64,000 nucleotides of DNA from IMG/VR virus record IMGVR_UViG_3300008110_000081; one strand, given 5' to 3'. The stretch is from an uncultured virus (IMG/VR IMGVR_UViG_3300008110_000081) (Duplodnaviria; Heunggongvirae; Uroviricota; Caudoviricetes). A program made the translations under genes and the position numbers. The notes beneath the pieces were generated by a model. That model saw nothing but the letters and a program-made list of their open reading frames with translations. It did no database searches and had not been told where the DNA came from. Positions 46,673 to 54,857 of this stretch are shown in pieces (the first letter of the stretch is position 1; each line of letters begins with the position of its first letter).

Positions 46673-46894
46673 TTAACCTTTTTTACTAATTCTTTTTTGT
46701 AAAGCTTTTTGCATAGGCTCACTTAAATTATTAAAGTAATAACCTAGAGAATCTTGTTTCTGTTCATTGCCTGATTTTAATATGTTATAGGCACCTCTAT
46801 AATTTCTTTTTTGTTCTTCAGCATCATTCATCATTTTCATTTTGTCATTGTTTTGTTTATCAATGTTAGTGCTGTTTTTTTTGTTATCAGGCAT
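46673..46894 (-). CDS. Small hypothetical protein (73 aa)
   Basis: Fits the tightly packed minus-strand array. Confidence 0.6.
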   Translation of the reverse strand: MPDNKKNSTNIDKQNNDKMKMMNDAEEQKRNYRGAYNILKSGNEQKQDSLGYYFNNLSEPMQKALQKRISKKG

Positions 46895-46912
46895 TGTCTA
46901 TAGTGTTTTAAG

Positions 46913-47062
46913 TTATTTCTTTTTAGCCATTTTTTTAAAAGTCAAAGCTAATGCTTTTGCTTTACCTGTGCAACCTGGTTTAGTAATTGGTGTACACTTG
47001 CCTTCAGTTCCTCTTCTTTTAATAGAGGCTGTAGCTTTCTGTATCCATTTCTTATCAGCCAT
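46913..47062 (-). CDS. Lys-rich micro-protein (49 aa)
   Basis: MADKKWIQKATASIKRRGTEGKCTPITKPGCTGKAKALALTFKKMAKKK, translated by eye. Confidence 0.75.
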   Translation of the reverse strand: MADKKWIQKATASIKRRGTEGKCTPITKPGCTGKAKALALTFKKMAKKK

Positions 47063-47063
47063 G

Positions 47064-47270
47064 TTATTTCTTTACTGCATTGTTTACAATATTTTGCATT
47101 TCAGTAGCCGCTTTTTTAACGTCAGCCATCAATCTTAAATCTTTTCTAATTTCTTCTGCTCTCTTTAAAGTACTTAAAGCAGAGTCAACTTCCCACTTTC
47201 TTTCTTGGGATTTACTTGATCCAATTATAGATACTGAAACTGATTTTGATTTTGTTGGTTTCTTTGCCAT
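47064..47270 (-). CDS. Small basic protein (68 aa; start revised to MAKKPTKSK)
   Basis: ATG 1 nt after the upstream TAA; ends AVKK. Confidence 0.7.
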   Translation of the reverse strand: MAKKPTKSKSVSVSIIGSSKSQERKWEVDSALSTLKRAEEIRKDLRLMADVKKAATEMQNIVNNAVKK

Positions 47271-47271
47271 G

Positions 47272-47421
47272 TTATTTCTTTTTAGCGGTTTTAGCAGATT
47301 TAATAAAGTCTTGTTTACTAGGGGCTCCTTTAGCGCCGGGCTTGCGCATTTTCTCGCCAGAGCCCGCTGCGATGCGGGCTTTCTTAGCGTGAATGTTTGC
47401 ATATAATCCTGGTTTAGCCAT
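47272..47421 (-). CDS. Lys/Ala-rich micro-protein (49 aa)
   Basis: MAKPGLYANIHAKKARIAAGSGEKMRKPGAKGAPSKQDFIKSAKTAKKK; TAATG overlap with upstream ORF. Confidence 0.8.
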   Translation of the reverse strand: MAKPGLYANIHAKKARIAAGSGEKMRKPGAKGAPSKQDFIKSAKTAKKK

Positions 47422-47591
47422 TACTTTTTCTTAGAAGGTATAGCTCCTTTAGGTGGAGTGTTTACCCCACCTGAAGATTTAGCTTTAATATTAGTTTGTT
47501 TTTTAGCAACACCGTTTCCACCGTGTTGTTTACCTGTAGCTTTTTTAGCTGCCGTTACTTTAGCGTTTGCAGTTTTCATTTGTCCGGCCAT
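47421..47591 (-). CDS. Lys-rich micro-protein (56 aa)
   Basis: MAGQMKTANAKVTAAKKATGKQHGGNGVAKKQTNIKAKSSGGVNTPPKGAIPSKKK. Confidence 0.75.
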   Translation of the reverse strand: MAGQMKTANAKVTAAKKATGKQHGGNGVAKKQTNIKAKSSGGVNTPPKGAIPSKKK

Positions 47592-47593
47592 GA

Positions 47594-47740
47594 TTATTTC
47601 TTTTTAGATTTAACAATACCACCTTTTTTCATAGCAGGCGCAGGACCTGTTTTAGTTTTAGGTGCTTTGTAATTTTCATAATTAGTTACAACACCTTTTA
47701 CAAATTTACCACCGTCTGTTTTTTTAGTTGCCTTTGCCAT
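47594..47740 (-). CDS. Lys-rich micro-protein (48 aa)
   Basis: MAKATKKTDGGKFVKGVVTNYENYKAPKTKTGPAPAMKKGGIVKSKKK. Confidence 0.75.
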   Translation of the reverse strand: MAKATKKTDGGKFVKGVVTNYENYKAPKTKTGPAPAMKKGGIVKSKKK

Positions 47741-47744
47741 GATC

Positions 47745-47915
47745 TTACTTTTTTAATTTTCCTGTTGGAACATCACACACAGCTTTATTCATTCCTCCTG
47801 TGTATCTTGTAGGATTAGTTACTACTATAGGACATGCATTCATGCCACCCTTGTATTGAGTAGGCTTTTGCACTACTTCAGGGAATTTGTTTTGGGTTTT
47901 CATTGTACCAGCCAT
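47745..47915 (-). CDS. Basic micro-protein with internal repeat (56 aa)
   Basis: MAGTMKTQNKFPEVVQKPTQYKGGMNACPIVVTNPTRYTGGMNKAVCDVPTGKLKK. Confidence 0.75.
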   Translation of the reverse strand: MAGTMKTQNKFPEVVQKPTQYKGGMNACPIVVTNPTRYTGGMNKAVCDVPTGKLKK

Positions 47916-47932
47916 GATATTTAGTTTTTAAG

Positions 47933-48946
47933 TTAATTCCAATTCTTTTCTAGTTTCTTGGTAATATCAACTAGAATGTTTTCCTGTAAAGGATTCTTTA
48001 AGAACTCAAGACACTCTGCAGCGTTACGACCCATTTGTGAACTTGAATCAACATGATAGATAAATCCATCAGGTTTTGCAGCTATGATTTTATAGAATGT
48101 TGCATCTTTAACCATGGCTCTAATCTTAAGAGTTTCCATGTCAAGTTCAACAGCATCTAAAAATGTCTGAGCTGCTCTCTTTAAGTTTTTCTCAATACCT
48201 TCACCATTAATATACGCGTCCATGTTAGAATATGTAACATCATGTGGTGTAGTCTTTTTGTACTGTACACTATTACCGTCTACAACTTTAGCAACATAAA
48301 ACAACTTGTTCTGATTCTTGTTAAATAATTTATCAAGTTCAGAGATAGCTCTGTTTTTAAGTTTAATAACTTCAGTCTTAGTGGATATAGTCTCAACGTA
48401 CTTATCAAGGTAAAACTTAGGTGGGACGTTTTTAGTTCTTGCAGCATCGTAACTAGGAGAGATCATTGCAAATCCTCCCGCTTCAATAGCGTATAATTTA
48501 ATCAAGTCATACGGATCTTTAGCAGGATCTAATGGAATGATCTCATTACCACAACGCATTGTGATTTTATTCCAGAACTCGTGGTTATCAGGTTTTAATA
48601 ATTTGATTTCATTCCAGAAATTAGGACTAGCTGGATCAACTACGTTTACAGCCAACTCTCTTTCAAGTTGTGCTACTACATTACGGATCTCTTTAATCTT
48701 AGCTTCACGCGTCTCTTTGTCTGCTATAAGTTTTACCTCAGGGGCAAATTCATTTAAGCCGGTTATGTAACGCATTATACCGTTACGCTCAATACAGGCA
48801 AGTTGTTCTTCATGGAATACCCCATCATAAAGGGCAATGCCATATTTTTCTAATCCTAAATTACTTGAGTTAGGATCAAAGTAGGGTTTAACGGATATAC
48901 GTCCGCTTTTTACATCATAAGGTGTTGAAACAATTGAAATGCTCAT
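47933..48946 (-). CDS. Conserved capsid-module protein downstream of MCP (337 aa)
   Basis: Synteny with the crAss-like gene following MCP; function unknown. Confidence 0.55.
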   Translation of the reverse strand: MSISIVSTPYDVKSGRISVKPYFDPNSSNLGLEKYGIALYDGVFHEEQLACIERNGIMRYITGLNEFAPEVKLIADKETREAKIKEIRNVVAQLERELAVNVVDPASPNFWNEIKLLKPDNHEFWNKITMRCGNEIIPLDPAKDPYDLIKLYAIEAGGFAMISPSYDAARTKNVPPKFYLDKYVETISTKTEVIKLKNRAISELDKLFNKNQNKLFYVAKVVDGNSVQYKKTTPHDVTYSNMDAYINGEGIEKNLKRAAQTFLDAVELDMETLKIRAMVKDATFYKIIAAKPDGFIYHVDSSSQMGRNAAECLEFLKNPLQENILVDITKKLEKNWN

Positions 48947-48993
48947 AATTTTTTTTTTGGTTTTAGTTGGTTGTTATTTGACTGACATTAATT

Positions 48994-49023
48994 AAAAAGA
49001 GGGGAGATTGCTCTCCCCCTTTT
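48994..49023 (-). terminator. Rho-independent terminator after MCP (possibly bidirectional)
   Basis: Minus strand AAAAGGGGGAGA-GCAA-TCTCCCCTCTTTTT; GNRA loop; A/T tracts on both sides. Confidence 0.85.
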
Positions 49024-49030
49024 ATGGTTA

Positions 49031-50656
49031 CTAGAATGATCCTCCAGTGATTGGATTTCTCATTACGATTTTTAATACTTTGGTTGGATCTTTTACCCAG
49101 ATAGCTGGCATAGTCTGAGTCATCATCACACGGTAACCGTTGAATTGACCAGAGCTTTGGAAGCCTTGAGTACGGCCCATGTAATCCATGGTTCCGTTTT
49201 GATACCACCATTTTAATTGATTATCCCAAGATAACTTCAACATGTAAATGTTGTCATTTCCAGTATCAGTGATATCAAAAATGATGAAGCTATAAGATGA
49301 TAACGGGTTACCATCAATGATTGGGTTCTCAATGTCATTTGTATGTAAGTTATCAAACGCTGGGTTTAACACAAATTTCACGTTAGCCAAGAATGGAATA
49401 ACGTAAGAAGTAAATGCAAATCCAAAGTTTAAGTCCATACCTTGACCAGAGATTGCACCAATACCATTGTTGCTAGCAGCTTGGATTACTAAACCAGAGT
49501 TAACAGCTTCACGCTTGATAGCCTCGTTTACTAAACGCATACCGCCCATACCTGTTTGAACAATGATTTGGCGTTTTGGATCTGGACCTTGGAACTCCAC
49601 ACGACCTGCGTAGAAGTTGTAGATCTCACCGCGGAATAACTCTAAGCTAAAGTTAGACTTATTGTACACACGTTTGAAAGAGTTATCTAACTGCTTCCAT
49701 AAACCTACTGATAAACGCATATCATCTGGACCATCTTGCTTAACACGTCCACCATGTCCCCACATTAAGTAGGTCTCGATGTCTGTAGCAATTTTAGTTA
49801 AGTGAGCTGCTTCCATTGTAGTTAAGAAAGTACGTGTTAAAGTACCATTTCCTACAGCGCGCTTCAAGTAATCTTTACCCATTCTTGACGCAATGTCTTC
49901 AATCTTAGTGATTGCTGGATCCATTGTCTTGTCAAAGTTTCTCCAGATCTCAGTTACAGGAACTGTACCATCTGCATTCATTCCTCCTTTGATCATCATG
50001 TCTGCACGAGATGATACTGAATAATGAACGTGAGCTTCTGCACCTCCTACGAAGTTATAGAATTCACGGAAACCTGCACGTGTTTGGATATCAGAGAATC
50101 TCTCACCGTACTCACCACGAGCAGAACCTTTACGGAACACTTTAGTTTGTGGGTTTAAGTATTTGTTGTCCAAAAACTTGTAGTTGTCGTTGTTTACTAA
50201 CTGTACAGTGTAGATAAAACCATCACCCATAGGTAAGATATCATCTGCAGTAATGTACATCTCAACACCGTTGTATTTGTCATAAGTGATGATATCACCA
50301 TGTCCAAATTCACGTCTGTTGATTTTGATTTTGAAGGTTGTACCGTCAATACCTTTGTTCTCATTTTGTGGCTCAATGTCTTCAAGAATATAAGCTAAGT
50401 CCTGAGATACAGGAGTTTGCCATTTATATTCTCCACGCGCATTGTCTACCATGATGATGTTCTTACCACCAAAAGATGATAACTGGTATAAAGGCATTTC
50501 GATTTTTTGGGTCATTGCCCAAATGTCAACTGGACCCATGTCCATTGGTTCAGCATCTTTCAACATATTCACTAAGTGATATGAGTCTACGTGTGAACTA
50601 GCATTGTAGTTAGTGTCACGTAGGAAGAGGCCATTGTTTAAAACTGGAGTGCTCAT
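49031..50656 (-). CDS. Major capsid protein (crAss-like HK97 fold, 541 aa)
   Basis: Order terL-portal-scaffold-MCP; size, EYKWQ, IETYLMWG, SVGLWKQL and VQTGMGG segments; followed by a strong terminator. Confidence 0.85.
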   Translation of the reverse strand: MSTPVLNNGLFLRDTNYNASSHVDSYHLVNMLKDAEPMDMGPVDIWAMTQKIEMPLYQLSSFGGKNIIMVDNARGEYKWQTPVSQDLAYILEDIEPQNENKGIDGTTFKIKINRREFGHGDIITYDKYNGVEMYITADDILPMGDGFIYTVQLVNNDNYKFLDNKYLNPQTKVFRKGSARGEYGERFSDIQTRAGFREFYNFVGGAEAHVHYSVSSRADMMIKGGMNADGTVPVTEIWRNFDKTMDPAITKIEDIASRMGKDYLKRAVGNGTLTRTFLTTMEAAHLTKIATDIETYLMWGHGGRVKQDGPDDMRLSVGLWKQLDNSFKRVYNKSNFSLELFRGEIYNFYAGRVEFQGPDPKRQIIVQTGMGGMRLVNEAIKREAVNSGLVIQAASNNGIGAISGQGMDLNFGFAFTSYVIPFLANVKFVLNPAFDNLHTNDIENPIIDGNPLSSYSFIIFDITDTGNDNIYMLKLSWDNQLKWWYQNGTMDYMGRTQGFQSSGQFNGYRVMMTQTMPAIWVKDPTKVLKIVMRNPITGGSF

Positions 50657-50697
50657 TCTGTTTTGTTTTTGTTTTTAGGGTTTATATTTATTTGTTT

Positions 50698-51939
50698 TTA
50701 ACGTTTAAAAAATCCTCCTGTGTTTCTTGGTATTTTGAAACTACCTCTGCTCTTGTTGTCATCAACTTGCTCATCAATATGGGAAGATATCTTGTTACTT
50801 TGTTCTGATTTTAATTTACGTACTGTCTCAGCAATTACTTCTTTTTTATTATTCTCACGCACCTTAGACTCATACCCTTGTTCATCAGCAAGTAGCCAAA
50901 GTACTTTAGCAATAAGACCATGGTTAGGTTCTACATACTGGTATTTTTCTAATAAGTGACCTAATAAGTTAGTTGGGTTACCGGAGGCAGATTGGTAGCT
51001 TGGCTGAACCAGTCCTGTGAATAATAAGTTTTGCGTTCTTCTGTCTAGCTTAAGACCGTTTAATTCACCAGGCTCTAATGTTTTATAAACATTATCCATA
51101 TAATGTTTCATTTGAGCTTGTTGTTGTTTTTGCATTTCAGCTTGTTGAGCAAGTTTATATTGAACTTGTCTCTCTGTCATTGCATCCAACTTAGGCTTAA
51201 ACTTAGAAGCTTTGTTCTCTAATTGATTTGCATCTTCCCATTCAGTAATCTGCTCTTCAATTTCATCTGGTGTACCAAAGTTAGTTGCTTGTAAATAACT
51301 TCTTGAGATATGCTTAGCATCATTTTCATCAGCTGGATCCATCTGACGTACTTCCTCAACTTGAGCAAGTGTTCTGAATAAACCTTTTAAATCTGTACCA
51401 CCTTTGGATACATATTCTGCAGCGTATTGAAACTCTGGAGGAAGCGCCTCAAAAAACTGATTTGAGATACGACCGCCCAACTCTTCTTCCTTGTGATTAA
51501 AGTTAGCTTCAATTAACTCTTCAAAATCTTGCAGAGTGTATTTGTCTAAAGGTTTCTCATCATCAAAAGGAACTAGCAAGTTCTTCTCAATAAGTTTGCT
51601 AGTTAATTCTACTAGACCATTTTTACGTCCTGTAGATTTTGAAGGTCCTGCTGTTGAATCATCATCAGTATCTTCATTCAACATTTGATCTAATTCTGAC
51701 TTAGACACTGGCGCTGGCGCAGGTGTTGTTGCAGGATCTGCTGATGTTGTTGTCTCAGGTTCTGATTTTGTTACTGGTTTATCTAAGAAAGATAAATCTT
51801 CTTTGCCGCGGGAAAAAATGTTTTTCTTTTCAGGCTCATCCGTAGCTGCAGGTAACATAACGCTATCCCCGATATTGAGTATCTGGTTTAGGTCCATGTC
51901 TACCGTCTCTACGGTTGTGTTGTCTGTTGTGTTGCTCAT
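50698..51939 (-). CDS. Acidic scaffold-like protein between portal and MCP (413 aa)
   Basis: Acidic disordered N-terminus and coiled-coil C-terminus; conserved crAss position. Confidence 0.65.
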   Translation of the reverse strand: MSNTTDNTTVETVDMDLNQILNIGDSVMLPAATDEPEKKNIFSRGKEDLSFLDKPVTKSEPETTTSADPATTPAPAPVSKSELDQMLNEDTDDDSTAGPSKSTGRKNGLVELTSKLIEKNLLVPFDDEKPLDKYTLQDFEELIEANFNHKEEELGGRISNQFFEALPPEFQYAAEYVSKGGTDLKGLFRTLAQVEEVRQMDPADENDAKHISRSYLQATNFGTPDEIEEQITEWEDANQLENKASKFKPKLDAMTERQVQYKLAQQAEMQKQQQAQMKHYMDNVYKTLEPGELNGLKLDRRTQNLLFTGLVQPSYQSASGNPTNLLGHLLEKYQYVEPNHGLIAKVLWLLADEQGYESKVRENNKKEVIAETVRKLKSEQSNKISSHIDEQVDDNKSRGSFKIPRNTGGFFKR

Positions 51940-51984
51940 CTTTTTATTTTTTGTTGGTTATTTTTGACTGACGGTCATATACTT

Positions 51985-52012
51985 AATATAACAAAATTAT
52001 ACAAATAAACTT
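51985..52012 (-). promoter_or_regulatory. Putative promoter for scaffold-MCP (AAGTTTA..TTTGTTATATT)
   Basis: Variant of the motif in the portal-scaffold gap. Confidence 0.45.
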
Positions 52013-52069
52013 TATAAATTTGACTTTTTTTTCAGGTCTATAAAGTTTTTCTGCATTATAACGCTAGTT

Positions 52070-54853
52070 TTACTTTTTCTTGTTGTTTTTGCTATTTTCC
52101 TGAGCCTTCTTTTTTAGGTCAAACTGGTTCTTATTCTCTTTTGCTATGTTAACATCCATCTGCTTCATGGCTAATTGAGTTTGCATTTTCTCTCTAGAGA
52201 TATTATTTTTATCTGCATTTAAAGATTGTTTAGTTCTCTCTTTACCTTGTTCAAAGTTCATAGTTTGTTCAAACTCATTTGAGCTCTTGATATCCTTCAT
52301 AGCATCAATAAAATCAGACTGCTTGTTAGCATTCATATCTTGCATAGCTCCATAACCTGCAGACTTAATTTCAGCAGCAAGCAATGTGGTTCTGTTACGC
52401 ATTTCTTCTTTACGCATATCGGCATCAATCTCCATTTGTTTTTGTTGCAATGCTGTTTGATTAGCTTGTTCAGCCATTTGCTGTTCATGCTGCATTTGTT
52501 CCTGACGTTGAGCTTGAGCTTTTCTATCAGTTTCTTTTAATACATGATTAACCTCAGCTAAGGATTCAGCCTGCATAACATTACCTAGGTCAAAGATTGT
52601 TGCTCCTGTAGTATTGTTGCCAATAACCATTTGTTTCATCTGTTCAAGTATTGCTCTCTGGTTGGCCTTTGTTGTACAGAAGATATTAAGATCTCTCAGT
52701 AATAAGTCAGTACCGTTCATCTCAAAGTTAACTTTCTCATCAGTGCTTGTGATATACTGCAAGCGTAATGATGGTTTTGAGGAATGATAAAACTGCGCTA
52801 AGTCAGTTCTCATCTGATGTACGCGTGGCATCAAATAATCACAGTGTTGCATGAAGTAAGTTTCCGTCTGGGCGTACGAACCGGTTACAGCCTGTTCAAT
52901 ACCTTTAGCGGTCTCTGTTTGACCTATTTGCTGACCCAGACGTTGAGGTGTGATACCTATCACCTCAAAACATTGTTGTTTAAAATAATTAGCCATTTGA
53001 ATCCTGGACATCATACGATTTGTTTGCTCAAGATTTAATGTCTGGAAGTGTTGGAAGTTAAGTGCATTTTCAGTGTTAGTGATGGATGTATCCAACGGTA
53101 ACATCTGGAAGTTCTTCATTGCAACATAGGCTTTGGCCAAGTTGTTCTTACCCCAGTCTTCATTCATAGAATGTCTTGGCAAAGCATTCTGATCTAACAG
53201 AATCACAGTACCTAATTCATCTACTAAGATATCAGCTATCTGGTTATTAACAATGTTGTATCCAATTTGGAAAGGCTTCATTAAGTCAACCATTGCTGTT
53301 GATCTAGTATTACGATCAGAGAATACAGCTCCTTCTACAGGAAGTTTACAGCCATACAAAGTTTTATCTCCTTTGAACTGAAACTTTAATGGTCTAATTG
53401 TGTTGCTATCAATACCTAAGTACATTGGATTAATACCACCTGGGTTATTCATACCCCAGAAGGAAGGATGATTAGGGCCAATTTTAATACCGCCCCATAC
53501 TTCATTAATCCAGATCCAATCAATGTGTTCTCCAAAGACAAGATTATCTTTAGTTTTGTTTTGCATTAACCGTGTATTGTACACAGGCTTATCAACTATT
53601 TTGTAACTTTCATCAATGATGTCTACAATGGTCTCTCCGTTTTCAGTAATCTTAGTAAGATGTCCTACCTTACGTTGAGACTTCCAGTAAGCTGTTGTAA
53701 CACGGAGCAAAAAGGCAGCTCCCATCGGAGCATAGTCTTCTCCTTCAGCCATGATCCAGTTGATAATGTCTCCTCCGGGAGCAATAGAATTATCCCACAT
53801 TGAAGTGTATTGACGGTAAGCTAAACCAGGCATATTAACGTTCCAATCATGATTTTTTGTAGCATCATAGTAAGAACCATCATTCTGATATCCTTGTAAT
53901 GGATAACCTGCAGATCTTACTGGATAAATTGCTTCAATAGATTCTAGTTGTTCTTGGGTCATCATGTAACCGTACTTGTCAATTACATCAGAGATAGTCA
54001 TCATATCAATACGGCCAACCCAGTTACCTTGAGAAATGTACCTTGCTTCTGGTGACTTGTGATAAAAAGTAGTTACTGGATTCCAAAGCTCAACATCATA
54101 ATCATCTTCCATCATGCGCATGTGCCAGAACTCTCTATCGGTAATAAGCATATCTCTAAAAGCTCTTTCCTCAAGTTCATCCATTCTAAATCTTTCCTCA
54201 TCAACTTTCATCTGATGAGCAGCCCATTGCTCACACATGCTCCTGTAATCTTTATCAAAGTAATTTTGTATCTCAGGAAGAGTCTTAAGATTTTCAGGAT
54301 TCATTTGTTGTTGCATTTGCTCTTGCATTTGTGGATCATTCATATCCATTCCTTGTTCAAGCATCTGAGCTAATAACTTTTGCTCAGCTTTTGCAAATAA
54401 AACATCTTCTACTTGTTTACGTTTTTCTTCTAGCTGCTCATTATAAGTAAACTCATCAACCCCGCGGAAGGTTGCCTTAGTATTTCTTTTAGCAAACTCA
54501 GATACAAGCACGTTAACCACATTAGGAATAATAGGATAAAACTTAAGTTCTAAAGCTGTAGTATCTTCTTGGATAAGAGTTTCAACTAAGTCTCTCATCT
54601 CATTGTCATCTTCAACAATGTAATCAGCTTTGTCAATAACTCCTTTAGCAAGCTTATAGTTTTTCATAAGCCGGCGCGCATTACGGCGGATCTGTTTTAA
54701 ACCATTCCACTCTAACCAGTCAAGATTCCAGGCTGTCCATTCAGCATCTTTCTCATCACGTGGAAGAAATTGAACAGGCTGTGTGATACTACCCATACGG
54801 TTAGTTTCAGATTTGGCACCAGCCTTAAGTTGCATTGCGTTTAATACTTTCAT
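52070..54853 (-). CDS. Portal protein (927 aa)
   Basis: Directly after terL; FYPIIPNVVNVLVSE, MVDLMKPFQIGYNI, GITPQRLGQ; long Gln-rich C-terminal coiled-coil. Confidence 0.88.
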   Translation of the reverse strand: MKVLNAMQLKAGAKSETNRMGSITQPVQFLPRDEKDAEWTAWNLDWLEWNGLKQIRRNARRLMKNYKLAKGVIDKADYIVEDDNEMRDLVETLIQEDTTALELKFYPIIPNVVNVLVSEFAKRNTKATFRGVDEFTYNEQLEEKRKQVEDVLFAKAEQKLLAQMLEQGMDMNDPQMQEQMQQQMNPENLKTLPEIQNYFDKDYRSMCEQWAAHQMKVDEERFRMDELEERAFRDMLITDREFWHMRMMEDDYDVELWNPVTTFYHKSPEARYISQGNWVGRIDMMTISDVIDKYGYMMTQEQLESIEAIYPVRSAGYPLQGYQNDGSYYDATKNHDWNVNMPGLAYRQYTSMWDNSIAPGGDIINWIMAEGEDYAPMGAAFLLRVTTAYWKSQRKVGHLTKITENGETIVDIIDESYKIVDKPVYNTRLMQNKTKDNLVFGEHIDWIWINEVWGGIKIGPNHPSFWGMNNPGGINPMYLGIDSNTIRPLKFQFKGDKTLYGCKLPVEGAVFSDRNTRSTAMVDLMKPFQIGYNIVNNQIADILVDELGTVILLDQNALPRHSMNEDWGKNNLAKAYVAMKNFQMLPLDTSITNTENALNFQHFQTLNLEQTNRMMSRIQMANYFKQQCFEVIGITPQRLGQQIGQTETAKGIEQAVTGSYAQTETYFMQHCDYLMPRVHQMRTDLAQFYHSSKPSLRLQYITSTDEKVNFEMNGTDLLLRDLNIFCTTKANQRAILEQMKQMVIGNNTTGATIFDLGNVMQAESLAEVNHVLKETDRKAQAQRQEQMQHEQQMAEQANQTALQQKQMEIDADMRKEEMRNRTTLLAAEIKSAGYGAMQDMNANKQSDFIDAMKDIKSSNEFEQTMNFEQGKERTKQSLNADKNNISREKMQTQLAMKQMDVNIAKENKNQFDLKKKAQENSKNNKKK

Positions 54854-54857
54854 AATC

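Noticed and set aside
47064..47402. 112-aa ORF as given in the track
   Set aside because: Its 5' part overlaps the 49-aa ORF 47272..47421 out of frame; the coupled ATG at 47270 is the better start.
48963..49211. 82-aa ORF overlapping the MCP 3' end (possible frameshift extension)
   Set aside because: MCP ends TAG TAA followed at once by a terminator that this ORF would cross; no clear slippery site seen.
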